DNA from: Ylistrum balloti
Lineage: Eukaryota
Assembly: GCF_031769215.1 (NCBI RefSeq)
Contig: NW_026782361.1
Location: 1,054,001 to 1,118,000 of the forward strand
Direction: 5' to 3'
Length of the DNA: 64,000 nucleotides
A program made the position numbers and the translations under genes. Positions 10,546 through 23,864 of the stretch are shown piece after piece; positions within the stretch are counted from its first letter, which is position 1, and every line of letters starts with the position of its first letter. Under the pieces are notes generated by a model. That model was given only the letters and a program-made list of their open reading frames with translations. It made no database searches and was not told where the DNA came from.

Positions 10546-13500
10546 TTTTTTTGTAATTCATTTATATTAAGGTCCCTGAAAATCACTTGGGGCATTGTTC
10601 TAGATCTCAATAAATAAAAAAAAAAAGACACCTGATCTTGCTTCAGTTTGAAGGATGTAATGTGATAATCAAAAGTGAAATATATATGTAGAGTTAGTTT
10701 ATGGAGCGAAAACATATTACTTCAATAAGTGCTGTGATAACAGTCGCTCATCACCTTCAGGGTTGGTTGATAATTTACTGAAGACTGATCATGAGCTTTT
10801 CGCTCACATTCAGATCAAGATGCATTAGCAACATATGTTAGAATCAGTTAAACAAGAAATGATACCAGCAAAATTAAAGAAATATTATATTATGTTAATC
10901 TTGTGTAGATATTCTGGAATAAAATCAGAATTTTTAAAGCTGTTGGATTTGACAATAAAATCATGTCACTGGATGATTTATTGAGTATGTGTAATGGTGA
11001 CCCATTGGATACCGGTATATCCAAGCATTGGACAACTATATTACTAGATAAGTTATATAGAGACTAGAATCTGATGTATTACACAACTACCTCTTAATTA
11101 TGATTCATGAATAAATTTCTTATATTTGTCCTCCAGCCATGGTTGAAGAAAAGGTTGTTGTAGATATTTATTTGAAAAAAAATTAAAACAAAAAAAATGT
11201 AATGAGGCTTCCAACATAAAAGAAGGTATTTTACAAAAATAAATTTGCGTTGATATTTCATGCCAAACATTATTGATGAGTACAAGGAAAAAGAGAAAGC
11301 AAAAAAGAGGTCCCATTGTTTTACCCCAACAGCAATTGGAATGTAAGAATTTAATCCTTTAGGAAAAACTGTTGTAGGCTTGTGAGGTGAAGGGTAATGT
11401 ACATGCAGGGAATCAATTGAGTCTTTCTTGTTTTACCATTTTATACAATTCATTAATGTGTATGTGTTGGATACGTTAATGGCAATTGTTAATTTATTGT
11501 TGGCATATGTTGAATGCCTGAAATGTGATCATTTATTATTATAGACAAATAAAACACATGACTGGATCAGCTTGATGTGTTGTATTATATTTCATACTTG
11601 TTATACAGTCTTGTGTTTTCTCCACTTCATACTTGTTATATTTTTTGTTATTCTTCTGTTCATAATCATTATATCTTACATTTACTTCATTTCATGCGTG
11701 ATGGATGAAAAGAGTTTTTTTAGCTACTCTATACTATATACATATACTCTTTTTATAACATGAAATCATATTTAAGATGCTACTCATGCTAAAAAAAAAT
11801 TGACAAACATTGCAAAAAAAGACCACACACTTCATATCTGCTGCTTTCAATTAATGACAGTACAGTGCATCTGACATGGATCCACTGAAGAACATAACTA
11901 GCATAGGATAAAAAAATATTCCATTGTAGAGAGGCTACAAAAACATGTTTGTTTGCATTCAACCTTAAGGCTGCAGAACATGTTTATTTGTGTTCAACTT
12001 ATAAAAGGGAGGTTTACTATTAAGACATACTTATGTATGGACAGAGAAAAAAAATTGGACAGCAGAATGAATTAATACACATGTCAAAAGAAATCAGGCC
12101 ACAGCAAGGAGATTGCCATCAACCAAAATACTGACCCTCAGTTCAGACTATCAACTAAGATACTGACCCATAAAGTCCTCAGTTAAAGTAATGACCCACA
12201 AGTCCTGAACAAAGATGCTAACCCGAAGCTTTATATCATAAACAGAGATACTGATCTAGGAAAATCGAAACTGATCTTGAATTACAGTCTACATCTAGAC
12301 TCTCAAGGCATCACTGAAGTATACTACTGGAGGCACACAGCAGGATACTTCACCTGATCACATTATAATGACAGGGCAATTCGGTCATTACACTATCGCA
12401 ATACAGGACATATAGTAGTATATCAGGGAACAAAACAAAATATTCCTCACAGAGAAAATCGCTCAACAAATACCAAAACAGAGGCAGTGTCAAGGGAAAT
12501 ATTCAGGAAAAAATAATTAAAAGAAGACAAAAGATCAGATTTCAAACTTGGTCGCCTCATATGAATCCTTGCGCCTTACTTGCAGACAGGATAGTCTTGT
12601 TAACCACGAAAATAAGCTAAAGGTCCTTTGTCAATGGACTGATTCTAAAACAAGAAACTGATCCCTTCCAGCCCTAAACCAACATACTAGCGCTTAGACA
12701 ACAAGTTTTTAACCAAGATTCATCAAACAAGAAACAGACCACTGGGTTCACAATCAAGATATTAGCCTCAACAAGGATACAAATAAATCTCTACCAAAGC
12801 ATCCCCTTTCGCAAGTCCTCTACCCACCAAGCTATATCCCAAGTCCATATCCAAAGTACTACTGGTGTTGTGTACAGTGGTCAGAGAGAACATAAAATAT
12901 TAGGAAGTGATGAAAAAATTAAATGCATCCGATCAAGAGGTGAAATAGATAAAAATAAGGACTACGTTATTCAGTTTCAGTAATGATGAAAATAGTGAAT
13001 ACGTCGTGTTTTGTATGTATTTACTAGAAATTTTTCTCTGAACTTCGCCAAAGTAGAATCGAAAATTAACTCAACCCTCTGATAACCAGCAGGACAGTAT
13101 CATGTTAGAATGGGCAGTTAATCGATATCGTGTACGTCATATTGTCCACCTTGGTAGTTTCTACACGGACTCTCATTCAATTAAGCCACAATTTGTCCTT
13201 ACAACGTAAGACGCTTTCTCCCTGTCGGGTCAACATCACCATGTGGTGATCATACATCGATCTTAGATGACTTCCCTGTGGAGACATTTGGCTATGGACA
13301 ACGATATCATGATTCTGTATTTCGGTACCATCAATATCACGGATTGCAATGTCCTGGCACGAGCTTGTCATGTCGGTGATAATTTACAGTGTCACGGACT
13401 TGGTTCTGATGCTTACATGTTATAGATCATTGTATTCATTATCGTGAGATTACAAAACTATTGAAATTGTATTTTACTAAGATAGTGTCGGCAATCTAAT

Positions 13501-13719
13501 TCAAATACATGTATAGAGATAATTTTCAACAGAAGTGACATTATATCCTAATCTTTGAAGTTGTGCCGATGTTTTTTCCAATTGATATACTCGGAGCGAG
13601 GTCATCCTAAGAACAAACTTAACTTTCCAATAATGAACACGTTCCTATTAAATCATACGTGGTTCTTTCCGAGTGCATTGCGGTACCCTACGTAATACGG
13701 CCAGTTCTGGTCTCTTACC

Positions 13720-14610
13720 CCCGAGTAGCTCGTCGTCCACTCATTGAAATGCAGGTTAGCTCCTACCTCAACTAGCTCGTCATGAGGTACATTGAATTGC
13801 TGGTTAGCTTTTGTCCCCAACTAGTTCTTCGCCAACTCACTGAATAGTTGTTTAGCTCCTACCATCAACTAGCTCGTCGTTACCTCATTGGAATCCTAGT
13901 TAGCTTCTTCCCTCAACTAGCTTGTCGCAGAGTATAACAGCTGGTACTTCACCTCAACTAGCTCTTCGTCAACTCATTGGAATCCTGATTAGCTTCTACC
14001 CTCAACTAGCTCGCCGCAGAGTGAATTGAACAGCTGATTAGCGTTTTTCCTCTGCAAGTTCGTAATCAACTCATTGAAATACTGTTTAGCTCTTAACTCT
14101 CAATTAGCTCGTCGCAAAGTACACTGAATTGCTGGTTAGCTCTTGTCCCCAACTAGTTCTTAGCCAACTCATTGAATAATTGTTTAGCTCCTACCATCAA
14201 CTAACTCGTCGTCAACTCATTGAAATCCTAGTTAGCTTCAATCCTCAACTAGCTCGTCGCAAAGCACATTGAATAGCTCTTACCCTCAACTAGCTTGTTA
14301 TCAACTCACTGAAATCCTGATTAGCTTCTACCAGCAACTAGCTCGTTACAGAGTACAATGAACAGCTGGTTAGCGTTTTTCCTCTGCTAGTTCGTCGTCA
14401 ACTCATTTAACTGTTTCTTAGCTCTTACCCTCAATTACCTTGTCGACAACTTATTGAAATCCTAGTTACTTCTACCCACAACAAGCTCGCCGCAAAGTTT
14501 ATTGAACAGCTGATTAGCTATTTTTCTCGACTAGTTCTTAGCCAACTCATTAAACTGTTGGTTTGTTCTTACCCTCAACTAGTTCGTCTCCGAGTACAGT
14601 GAACTGCTGG
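13720..14610. repeat. Degenerate ~47-bp minisatellite organised as a 332-bp higher-order repeat
   Basis: Monomer ~caactagctcgtcgtcaactcattgaaatcctagttagcttctaccct. Distinctive variants recur exactly 332 bp apart (13787/14119 and 13970/14302). Confidence 0.85.
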
Positions 14611-17600
14611 TAGCTCTGCGGCATACATATGGCGAGGTTTTCTGAGACTGAAGAATGCAAGTAAAGATGGCCAACGCATATTAACTCTCACTGAAAGAGC
14701 ACCATCGGTTAAGGTCAAGAGACAACGTCGCTGCTAGTTGCATAACATCTACAAAGCAAACCCAAGTCGGGAATACAGACGCACACGGCAAGAATTGATC
14801 CCTATTTTCAGCAACGAAAATCATATCACGATTTATCTTTACGACAGTATCGCGGTCAAACATATCCCACTCTCTAACCGAATGTTGATTACTTGGTGAG
14901 AAGATCTTCCTAGCATGTTCAATGAAGACGTCGTCATGTTCTGCTGAAGTCTATTATTCAATGAATACGTGGTAGCTTTTCACCTTCTTGTACTGACAAC
15001 ACGTGTTCTTCCTACTGATGTTGTATTTCAAAGAATAAACACGTGACCATGTTATTTTTGAAAATTCAGAGGTGCAAATAAAGAATTGATTATCTTCTTG
15101 CTTACATAAACATTAATTTGCTTTTTTGACTGGGGAGGAGGACATGGTCGTGTAAATAACGACGTAGTTGCGTTCTTTCCACCAATGATCAAGAGGTCAA
15201 TGACATGTTCTTAACGAGAGATCATGTTCATCTTGTCGATGAACAGGTGGATTTGTTCTTTCTGTGGATGAAGATTTTGCTACTTTCTTTTTGACAATGA
15301 ACACGTGGTTTTGTTCTTTCATATATAAACACATGGCCACTATTTTTCTGCCAATGAACACGTGTCTTGTTCTCATGCCAACTAAAGCTAGGTCGCGCTC
15401 TTCCAGACAGTAATCATGTTCGATTGATTTCCTGGCTATTAACCTACAAGATGTGGTGCATCAGCAGACCAAGTAATTAAAATAATTAATTTGTCACCAA
15501 TTCATCTTTGAATCAATTAACTTGTGGTTGGTCCCTAACAATAATCAGGTCCTCGTCACGATTTTCCAAATAAAGAGCTGATTAAGTGTTAGACCTATCC
15601 TGGTGCAGTTTTCAAAAATAGAAGTAAAAGTAAAATGTTGAACGGAAAAACTGCATATGATATATATTATTTGTGTTGTGTTTATTTATAATGACAAAAA
15701 TGTATATCACAGGGGCAGGGGTTGCTTGGTTACAAAAGTAAAGGTGACCTGAACGAATCTGCAATATGCATACACAGTATACAGTAGGCTGCACAATATT
15801 TTTTTTCTTCTGCATCATCATCATACACACTAACCGAATTCCCCTCATACTTTGTCAATATATCCCTATGCCGGGGTAACTGACACTGCTGAACAAACTA
15901 CAGGCGTCTGACCGACACCGTACGGTAAGGCAACTGTGGCTCACCGACTTTATATCTTATTTTGTAAAAGTGTTTGTGTAAATGGCTTGTTTATCTTCTG
16001 TATAACCTTGGAAAACAAACAAAGGTCCCGTCATATTAGACGCAACCCAGTTCAACCTTTTTCATGCTGTGCTTGGAATAAATATATATATATATATTTC
16101 TAAAACACTTGTCTTGCTCCTTGCTAGATGTTTAACCGATCAAATTATAGGCCTACACTTCCGCATACGACTGGAATAACTATATCTCGACATTGTTAGG
16201 ACATGCATAAATGGTTTGATTTTTTAGGACTGATGTTTATAAATATGTTGGTAGTGACTGCGTAAGATACAGTTCATCTACTATCCACGGTGTTGATTTG
16301 CTTAAAAGCCTAGTTTTTATAAACTTAGGTTAACATTTGCAGCTTTTCACCAATCTGTAAGGTAAACGTGATGACAACTGGCAGGTTACCTTACAACACA
16401 GGATTTCGAAAGATACTGTTTGACGTCGACTTTTCAGAGGTTTCTCGTCGCAACCGTTTCATAAGAAACCACTCGACTGCTCTATTTCCCCTATTGGAAC
16501 CTGGCCCGAGGAAGTTAAAGGACATTGGTCCGTATGCCTGTTCAAAGGACATTACTTACTTGGATTGACCTAGATTTACATGGCGCGTGTCAATGATGCA
16601 GCATAAGACGCTTGCACTTCCAGAACATCTGGTCTTATTATCATTGAACCTTCCCAAGGGTATCTGTATCCTTTTATTCATACCTTGTCCTCGTTTAATT
16701 TTGAAATTGTAGTACACGTTTGTTAACATGTCGGTATAGATGCAGAAAGTAACCCGCCTCCCACAAGTACCATATTCACCGACATTTTCCGACAATTCTG
16801 TCTTTTATGAATGGAATGTTTAAACTTAATCAAATGTATGAGTTCGTGCATCTTCCTCGTCTATTAAACTTAAAATGACACGATATTAAAATGTAGAATT
16901 AGATATATGACGACATGTAACATGGTTATATCATAGACACCTAGGCGACACGTCATCCCAACATCGGCACCTCCGGTTCTGGTGATATTTCCCCAGTTAC
17001 AACATTACAACGTTAACAATGTTAACTGATCACGAGTATAATATTGTTTTACAAATAGAAGTGAACAAACTAATCAGAATTTTTCCAAAAGAGAGAAAAC
17101 CCCTTACGGCCAAATTGTCTTCAAAGCAGCAGGCTGCTCTCCCTACTGTTATCTGCATCTGTATCTGTTATTATTATACGAAAGTGTCGTGTGTAATCAG
17201 GCTTACACAGATGATGTAACACTCGTAAGCACGTGTTTGACACTTAAACGAGTTCACCGTGAAAATAACCAACGAGTTAAACCGATTGACTATCATACGA
17301 AACCCGAGTATTAAGTTCGGCTATATATGACACCCGAGATACATGCTCATACAGGGAGGATCTTACATCAGTTTCCATCTATGTAGGAAATGTAAACGAA
17401 TTGTATATCCTTTTTATTGCATTCCATGTAAGAGGTATGGCGTGTTACAACCAGATTCGACCTAAATGTGACCAAAAGTAAAATGGAAAAACGAATTTTC
17501 TTTTTCGGGGAATTTGGATAGGTATTCTCAAAGAGCTATATACAAATAAAAATTATCTGGAAAAAAAATTGTGGGTATGTGGCATTTGTTATTTTTCACA

Positions 17601-18460
17601 GATCGTCAAAGTTGCTACCTGAAGCAAAATGTACATAAAACATGGAGGTATCCTGGCTTTGAATGTAATTTTGACATACAGCGCACACATGTACCAACCT
17701 AAGGTAACAGAACCTAATCCAGTGTGATCAGATGTAACTTAAATCCTATCCTCGAAAATTCGAAAAATCAAATTGGGCCAAAAATGTTAATGCTTTCAAA
17801 CGTAGAATTTACTATTGAAGTGTCGCTGGTTTCTTACTCAGTGCCTATAGCACGGACGATAAGACGTTATTAGTACATAAGTCAAATGTTTTTGAGTCAC
17901 ATGTTCGACCTCAATTACTGACATCATAGTTTTATCATACATTGCATAATTCTTGCGGCGAGTGTCATTTTATTTTATTATACATATTCATACGCATTGT
18001 GACAATTACTGGGAAAACCCGGAAAACAGCCAATGAGTTGCATGTTAGTTCTAGCGTCCTAGAGTCCTACTTGATAGTTTTGGAGACGAGGTAGTTCCGG
18101 ATTATAAAAGGTTACATATTTAGGAGTAATCTAGCATTTAATGAAATTTTTGTTTCGCCTTTCCTTGCACATTTCCCAGCTTTAACCGAAATATCGCCAG
18201 CGACAAACACGTTAAACACACCACTTTTCGGACGTACATGTTCTATTTTTAGAAACGGTGACTCCGCTTGCACGTTTACCTAGGCGATGAAATAAGAGTT
18301 GCTCCATCCCGGTAAAGTGGCATACCTCTTTTCCACGTCACACCTGAAACACTCTGAATATATTGTACAAAAGACACACACGTGAATAGCACCTTTTAAT
18401 ACAACTTTAGAGTTAGATAAAGTAGCCCCTTAATTCGATAAATTTCTTAATTTTCATACG

Positions 18461-18641
18461 CATTCGAACCTCGTTATCTCGAGTCGGGGGGTGGGGCGGC
18501 TGTGGGAAAATTCGAGATAACCGAGTATTCGATTTAAGTTTTCATGTTTGTGTGAGCGATGTTTGACGAGGACTGACGAAACGCTTCGAATTACAAGGAG
18601 TCTTAAGAGTTATACGAGTTTAAGATATCGAGGTTCGACTG
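18461..18641. mobile_element. ~180-bp MITE with Tc1/pogo-like TIRs
   Basis: Left end is cattcgaacctcgttatct. The reverse complement of the right end is cagtcgaacctcgatatct (17/19 match). Confidence 0.7.
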
Positions 18642-19589
18642 TTTCTAATAATTTAAGAACAACATCAAGTACATGTGAACCGAGCCATTAGTCGACTGAA
18701 TTAAAACGTAGCATGCAGATTACGGCAAATCTTAGGGATTAAAAGTCTGCAGTAGAGTCAATATTGAACATTGTGCAGAAGACACGTAAGTGAATAGCAC
18801 CTTTTAACATTGTCTATCATCAGTACACTGGCTATAGCTATACACAAGCGCAAAACCAAAAAAAACGGTAACAGGAAATAAGAATGTATTGTTCTTACTT
18901 TCTGACATAACTTTACATATCAAATCCCGGTCTCATTGTTTCAGGGAGCTCTATTTTAACATTGGAATCAGCAAATGAGAAATTTGAATTTGCGATTAAA
19001 AAAAATCTTTTGACATAACGTGTGATGTGAACCTGTTCGGGACTGTCGTGAAGCTGGAATATACCAGATACATTTGTTTATATTGAAACAAATAGTAAGA
19101 CGATAATTAAAAACACATATTGTGCACAGAGAAATATTCACATAGATTCATCAATACATACAGACAACAGGTTAATGCTATAATATGTAGATATTAGTTT
19201 TATCAACTGGCCTATGTACGGCTTACATAGATACTAGCTGAAATTTGCATTAAAATGTAGGGCTCATAGCAAAACATTAAAACTGTTTATTCATATATGG
19301 TCACCGTTTAATTCGTTTGTTTCAGATGGATAATCCTATAAACGCTCGCGTCTCGTGTAATTATAATACATATATATGGATAGTGGGTTGGGCATTTGTG
19401 CCAAGTCTGCAGTCAAACCTGACATTTCTGACCCCCATCGGGTAAAAGACACGACGTTATGATTCCATGTTAAGGAATGTCTTTGTTCTCTTGTTCTCTC
19501 CTCAAAGAAAGATGAACGGCAATATAGATATCTGGTCTCGTAAAACATATGTCTAAATCAGAGAAGAAATAAAATCTTCCCAGATTATT

Positions 19590-19790
19590 GACATACATAT
19601 GGGAACTATGCCAACCCTCTAATGGCCGACTTGTTTTGTTTTCATATGAGGCTTAATTGAAGAGTTTATCACAAGGTCACAAAGACCTTGCAAAGTCGTC
19701 GAATTTCACTTTCAGATATATTGATGACGTCTTGGTCTAACAAGAAATTCATGGATCAGGTCCATTTATATACTCTAAGGATAAAGAAAC
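19590..19790 (+). mobile_element. Decayed Penelope-like reverse transcriptase fragment
   Basis: MGT.ANPLMADLF.FSYEA (cf. PMGTNCAPLLADLFLYSYEA) followed by NFTFRYIDDVL (YIDD at ~19716). Frameshifted. Confidence 0.8.
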
Positions 19791-20119
19791 GCTAGACAAA
19801 CTTTGAAGATTATTCTAGGCAAGACGTTGAGTATAACGTTCAATATTTTAAAGTAAGAATGAAAATTAATCCATACAGAACAAACTGAAAACTCAACGAA
19901 CTGTATGTGGTAAGTGATTTAGGAGTAATTGAAGGGAACTGAAAGAGAAGTGTAATATGAAATCGAAACGGACTGATTGTGGGAGCTGGCTAGTCAACAC
20001 CGGATAGGTCCCCCATTTTGTCTTTCTATAGCCTTGAATCTCATAGGCATAGAGTTCATGAGAGAGTTTATCCTTCTCATTGAGATGTTGGTCCATTCTT
20101 CCAAGAGTACAGTCGGACT

Positions 20120-20880
20120 GGGACCCCTGAGGGCGAGTCCAATATGGGAAGTAGGGCAGATTTTTAAAATCCTAATCTTTCATAATTTCGTGATTAAATA
20201 TGCCTAGGTTTGGTCTCAAGCATCCTTGGGGAAGGGGAATCAGTGGTGTATAAAAGGTTGGATCTCGACCACCTGTGGCGAGCCTATTGGCGAAAAAGTG
20301 CAAATACTTAACATCCTACTGCTTCTGTAGGAATGCCTGTATTATGTCTCAATTTGGTCTGAAGCATCCTTGGTATTCCAAATTATTCGACTCCAGACCG
20401 ATATGAGAATTAGATAGAATTAATACTTACAAACAAAAATGCGTCTCTCCTCTTACGTGGAAAGGACGGGCTCCCTGTAGATGACAGGAAATAAAAATTC
20501 TTCAAAATTGGTCTGTTCTGTAGGAATGTCAGGATCGTGTCGCAATTTGATCTGAAGCATTCTTGGGTGAAGAGGAATCAATTTTGTATAAATGGTGGGT
20601 CTCGGCCCCTAGGGCGGGACACAATATGGGAAGTACAGCAAATTCTTTAAGAGTTATTCTCTTTTGGAATGACTGAATTTTATTCCAGTTTGGTCAGAAG
20701 CATCTATTGATGCAGAGAACTTGAATTTTCATAAACGATGTATCTGATCCTTCATAGGGAAGTAGAGTGGTGCCTAATAGGAGAAAAGGGTATACATCTT
20801 CTAAATACCTTTGATTTAGTTTAGAAGAATTTCAGCGAACTTAACCAGGTGAGTGATACAGGACCTATTGACCTCTTGTT
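20120..20880 (-). mobile_element. HINE-like non-autonomous element with degenerate internal repeats
   Basis: Repeated tttggtctgaagcatccttgg...gggga blocks. It ends caggtgagtgatacaggacctattgacctcttgtt, the same terminus type as the 2918 element in reverse. Confidence 0.6.
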
Positions 20881-21429
20881 AGTGTAAAGTTAGTTAACGG
20901 GAAGCCTATCTATGTAAGCTGTCTCTAGGTATTAAATTGGTTGATGTTTCATAACCTACAAACTCTTTGCTAGTCACTTTCGGATGAATTTCTCTTCTGT
21001 CCTACGTCACCTGCGACTGCCTTTCACGTCTATCCCCTCCCCCTCCCTTATCCTCGCCCAATTAATATGGTGCACATACGCACGTGTGTTCAAGATGGGA
21101 TGCATGTGTAACACGCTCGCACTCGTCATTACGTCATTGTTTTGTTTACGTGGTTAAATAACACAATTGTCCTGACAACAGAGGAGCTAAATCGTCCACG
21201 TGAATTCGTCTGATTTTCAAACAAGAAGTCACCAGACTTAATGATTAGTGTCAATGATTCTTCTGTCAAACTTTTGTCGTATTTTGTTCCGTGTAATCTA
21301 TATAAAAATCAGATTTACGTATGTACTGGCCTCGTTATAAGTAAGACCCTTGTATAAAAGGTACCTCTTTAGCAAATAGTCTCTAGTGTAGAATGTATGC
21401 CAACATAACTGGCTCCGGGGTGTGATAGG

Positions 21430-22350
21430 TCGACACACAGCTGGCACCAGAGTATGATAGATCAATACAGAGAGGTTGTATACAAGAATATAACCGGTCT
21501 CGGGGTATGCTAAGTCGACATAGAGAGGTTGTGTACAAGAATATAACCGGTCTCGGGGTGTGCTAAGTCGACATAGAGAGGTTGTGTGCAAGATGATTGT
21601 AAACCACGACCCAGGGTGTACTTCGTCGATATAGAGAGGTTGTATACAAGATATTTACATTACTGGTCCAAGTGTGTGCAAGGTTGATATAGAGAGGTTG
21701 TGTGCAATATCATTATATAAATGGTCATTAATAGGGTGTGCTAGATCGATATAAGGAAGTTGTGTATAAAATAATTATATAACCGGTCCTATGGTGTGCT
21801 TATTGAAACAGAGAGATTGAGCACAAGATAAGTATATATAACTAGTCCTACGGTGTGTTATATCGGTATAAAGAGGCATTGCACAAGATAATTATATGAC
21901 TGCTCTCGAGGTATGTAGGTCGACATAGAGAGGTTGTGCACAAGATAAGTATATATAACTAGTCCTACGGTGTGTTATATCGGTATAAAGAGGCATTGCA
22001 CAAGATAATTATATGACTGCTCTCGAGGTATGTAGGTCGACATAGAGAGGTTGTGCACAATATGATTTTGTAACTGGTCCCAGGGTATGCTAGATCGATA
22101 TATAGAGGTTGTGCACAATATAATTTGATAACTGGTCCCAGGGTATGCTAGATCGATATATAGAGGTTGTGCACAATATAATTTTATAACTGGTCCCAGG
22201 GTATGCTAGATCGATATATAGAGGTTGTGCACAATATAATTTGATAACTGGTCCCAGGGTATGCTAGATCGATATAGAGAGACTGATTACAAGAAAATTA
22301 TATAACTAATCCCATTTTTTTATATCGATAGATAGAGGTTGTGTGAAGGG
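21430..22350. repeat. 53-58 bp minisatellite, including a 117-bp dimer duplication
   Basis: Core gtcgacatagagaggttgtg(t/c)acaa. The period is 53 at 21521/21574 and 58 at 22081/22139, and the dimer repeats at 21841/21958. Confidence 0.9.
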
Positions 22351-23864
22351 CGCGAATGGTTGATATGAAAGTTCCATATATGATCCCATGTTGTGATAAC
22401 GCTGATAGATGAAGATGCTTATAGTTCCGTAATATAGTGACAAAATGTCAAATAACACATGGAGTAGCTGACATTCTCCAGTAAGGTATATCTATACATG
22501 TAGTTCTTTGATACATCAACCACATCCATATCTGTGTAATCCTGTCCTTGATACAAGACATGATTATGTTTTATACTATGTGATGCTTATTTACATGTAC
22601 TATTGTCTCCGTCTGATAGCCATGGAAATATTCATCGTATTTCTAACAGCTGGCTGACAGAGTTATATATTAACTACAGTAACAGATTATCAGTCATATC
22701 GACAACGTCAGTGGCACAGATTGATTATTTTCTGTGTACCATGGTCTACAACGGTGTACGTACGTTCTTTAGACATTCAACACATTGTATATTAAAGATG
22801 CAAACATTAGACCAATTGTCTGTGTTGTTGGCAACTGCGACTTTCATAAATGTGGTTCAAGTTCCGAATACTAGAAAACACATTAGCGGCTTAATCTCGG
22901 ATTAATGAAAATTAGGAAGGCGATTTTGCTCTACAATACATTCTTAATCTTTGGTCCATTCAGAATTCAGAGACTAAAAAGAAAAAAAAGTACATTATAT
23001 CGACAGATAAAGTTGTTTGAAGACTTTAATACGTCTATAGTTGTACGTGTGACACTGAAAGTTGATAACAAAAATAGTAATTAATATAACAAAGTATTTA
23101 GGACTCAGTCTATAAAGCTAAACATCATAGTTTTGATATTCCGAATTCCAAAGTCGACATTTTAATGTGAGTGACTCCATGAACTTATCCCCAACCTATG
23201 GTGTTTACATGTAGCAATTGATTCGATATTCAGGGAACTGTTCCTATTATGATAATTTCTGTGCAAGAAGTCGTAAACTGAGGGACAATCTTGTAACACG
23301 GGGTTTCAAAAAAAATGCAGGTTGATGAGAATTATTGGAAAGGTTTATGGCCGTCATTGTGATCTCATTGTAAAATATTTCTTTGTGTGATATGAAGCTG
23401 TACGTATTTGATGCTCGGCAGTTTACCTGCTGGTTCCGTTGTTGTATACCTTGTTCTCATTTGAGAACTTGACTTACATGCCGGGTGTTGTCGACGCTTA
23501 CTCTTCCGAAACACTTGACCATATTCTCCATGCACGTTTTCGAGAGTCTCGGTGTAAATTTTTCTTTTATTCATATTTTGCCATAGTTTTAATGATGTCC
23601 GGTATGGATTATGATTATGTTGACATGTTGCTATTTTCTTGTTGTTCTTTTTAACAATATATAATTCAATGGTGTGTCTCGAACTTAAATATTCACTGAC
23701 TAAAATCTCATTTTGATGACATGCCGGTTATATGTAAAATGTTTATGTTCTGGGAGCACATGATCGTATTTGTATGTGCATCATCACTTTTATACCTTTA
23801 TCTTTGAAACATGTTCGTTTAAATTCATGGATAATGCAATATCGTTTTATCCATTCGTACATTG

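Noticed and set aside
12060-12900. A-rich, coding-looking stretch with weak ~30-bp repeats
   Set aside because: No long ORF or recognisable motif, so it cannot be assigned.
13100-16800. Short ORFs or stop-interrupted frames (13177-13371, ~14660-14910, 16368-16795)
   Set aside because: No recognisable domain and no consistent splice sites. A blastx search would be needed.
19893-20096. 67-aa minus ORF with faint lipoxygenase-like pattern (LPQSVRF)
   Set aside because: The similarity is too weak, and there are no supporting neighbouring exons.
22420-22905. 100-aa plus ORF (22603-22905) and an adjacent open minus frame
   Set aside because: No ATG start, splice support or recognisable family, so likely chance or antisense to decayed sequence.
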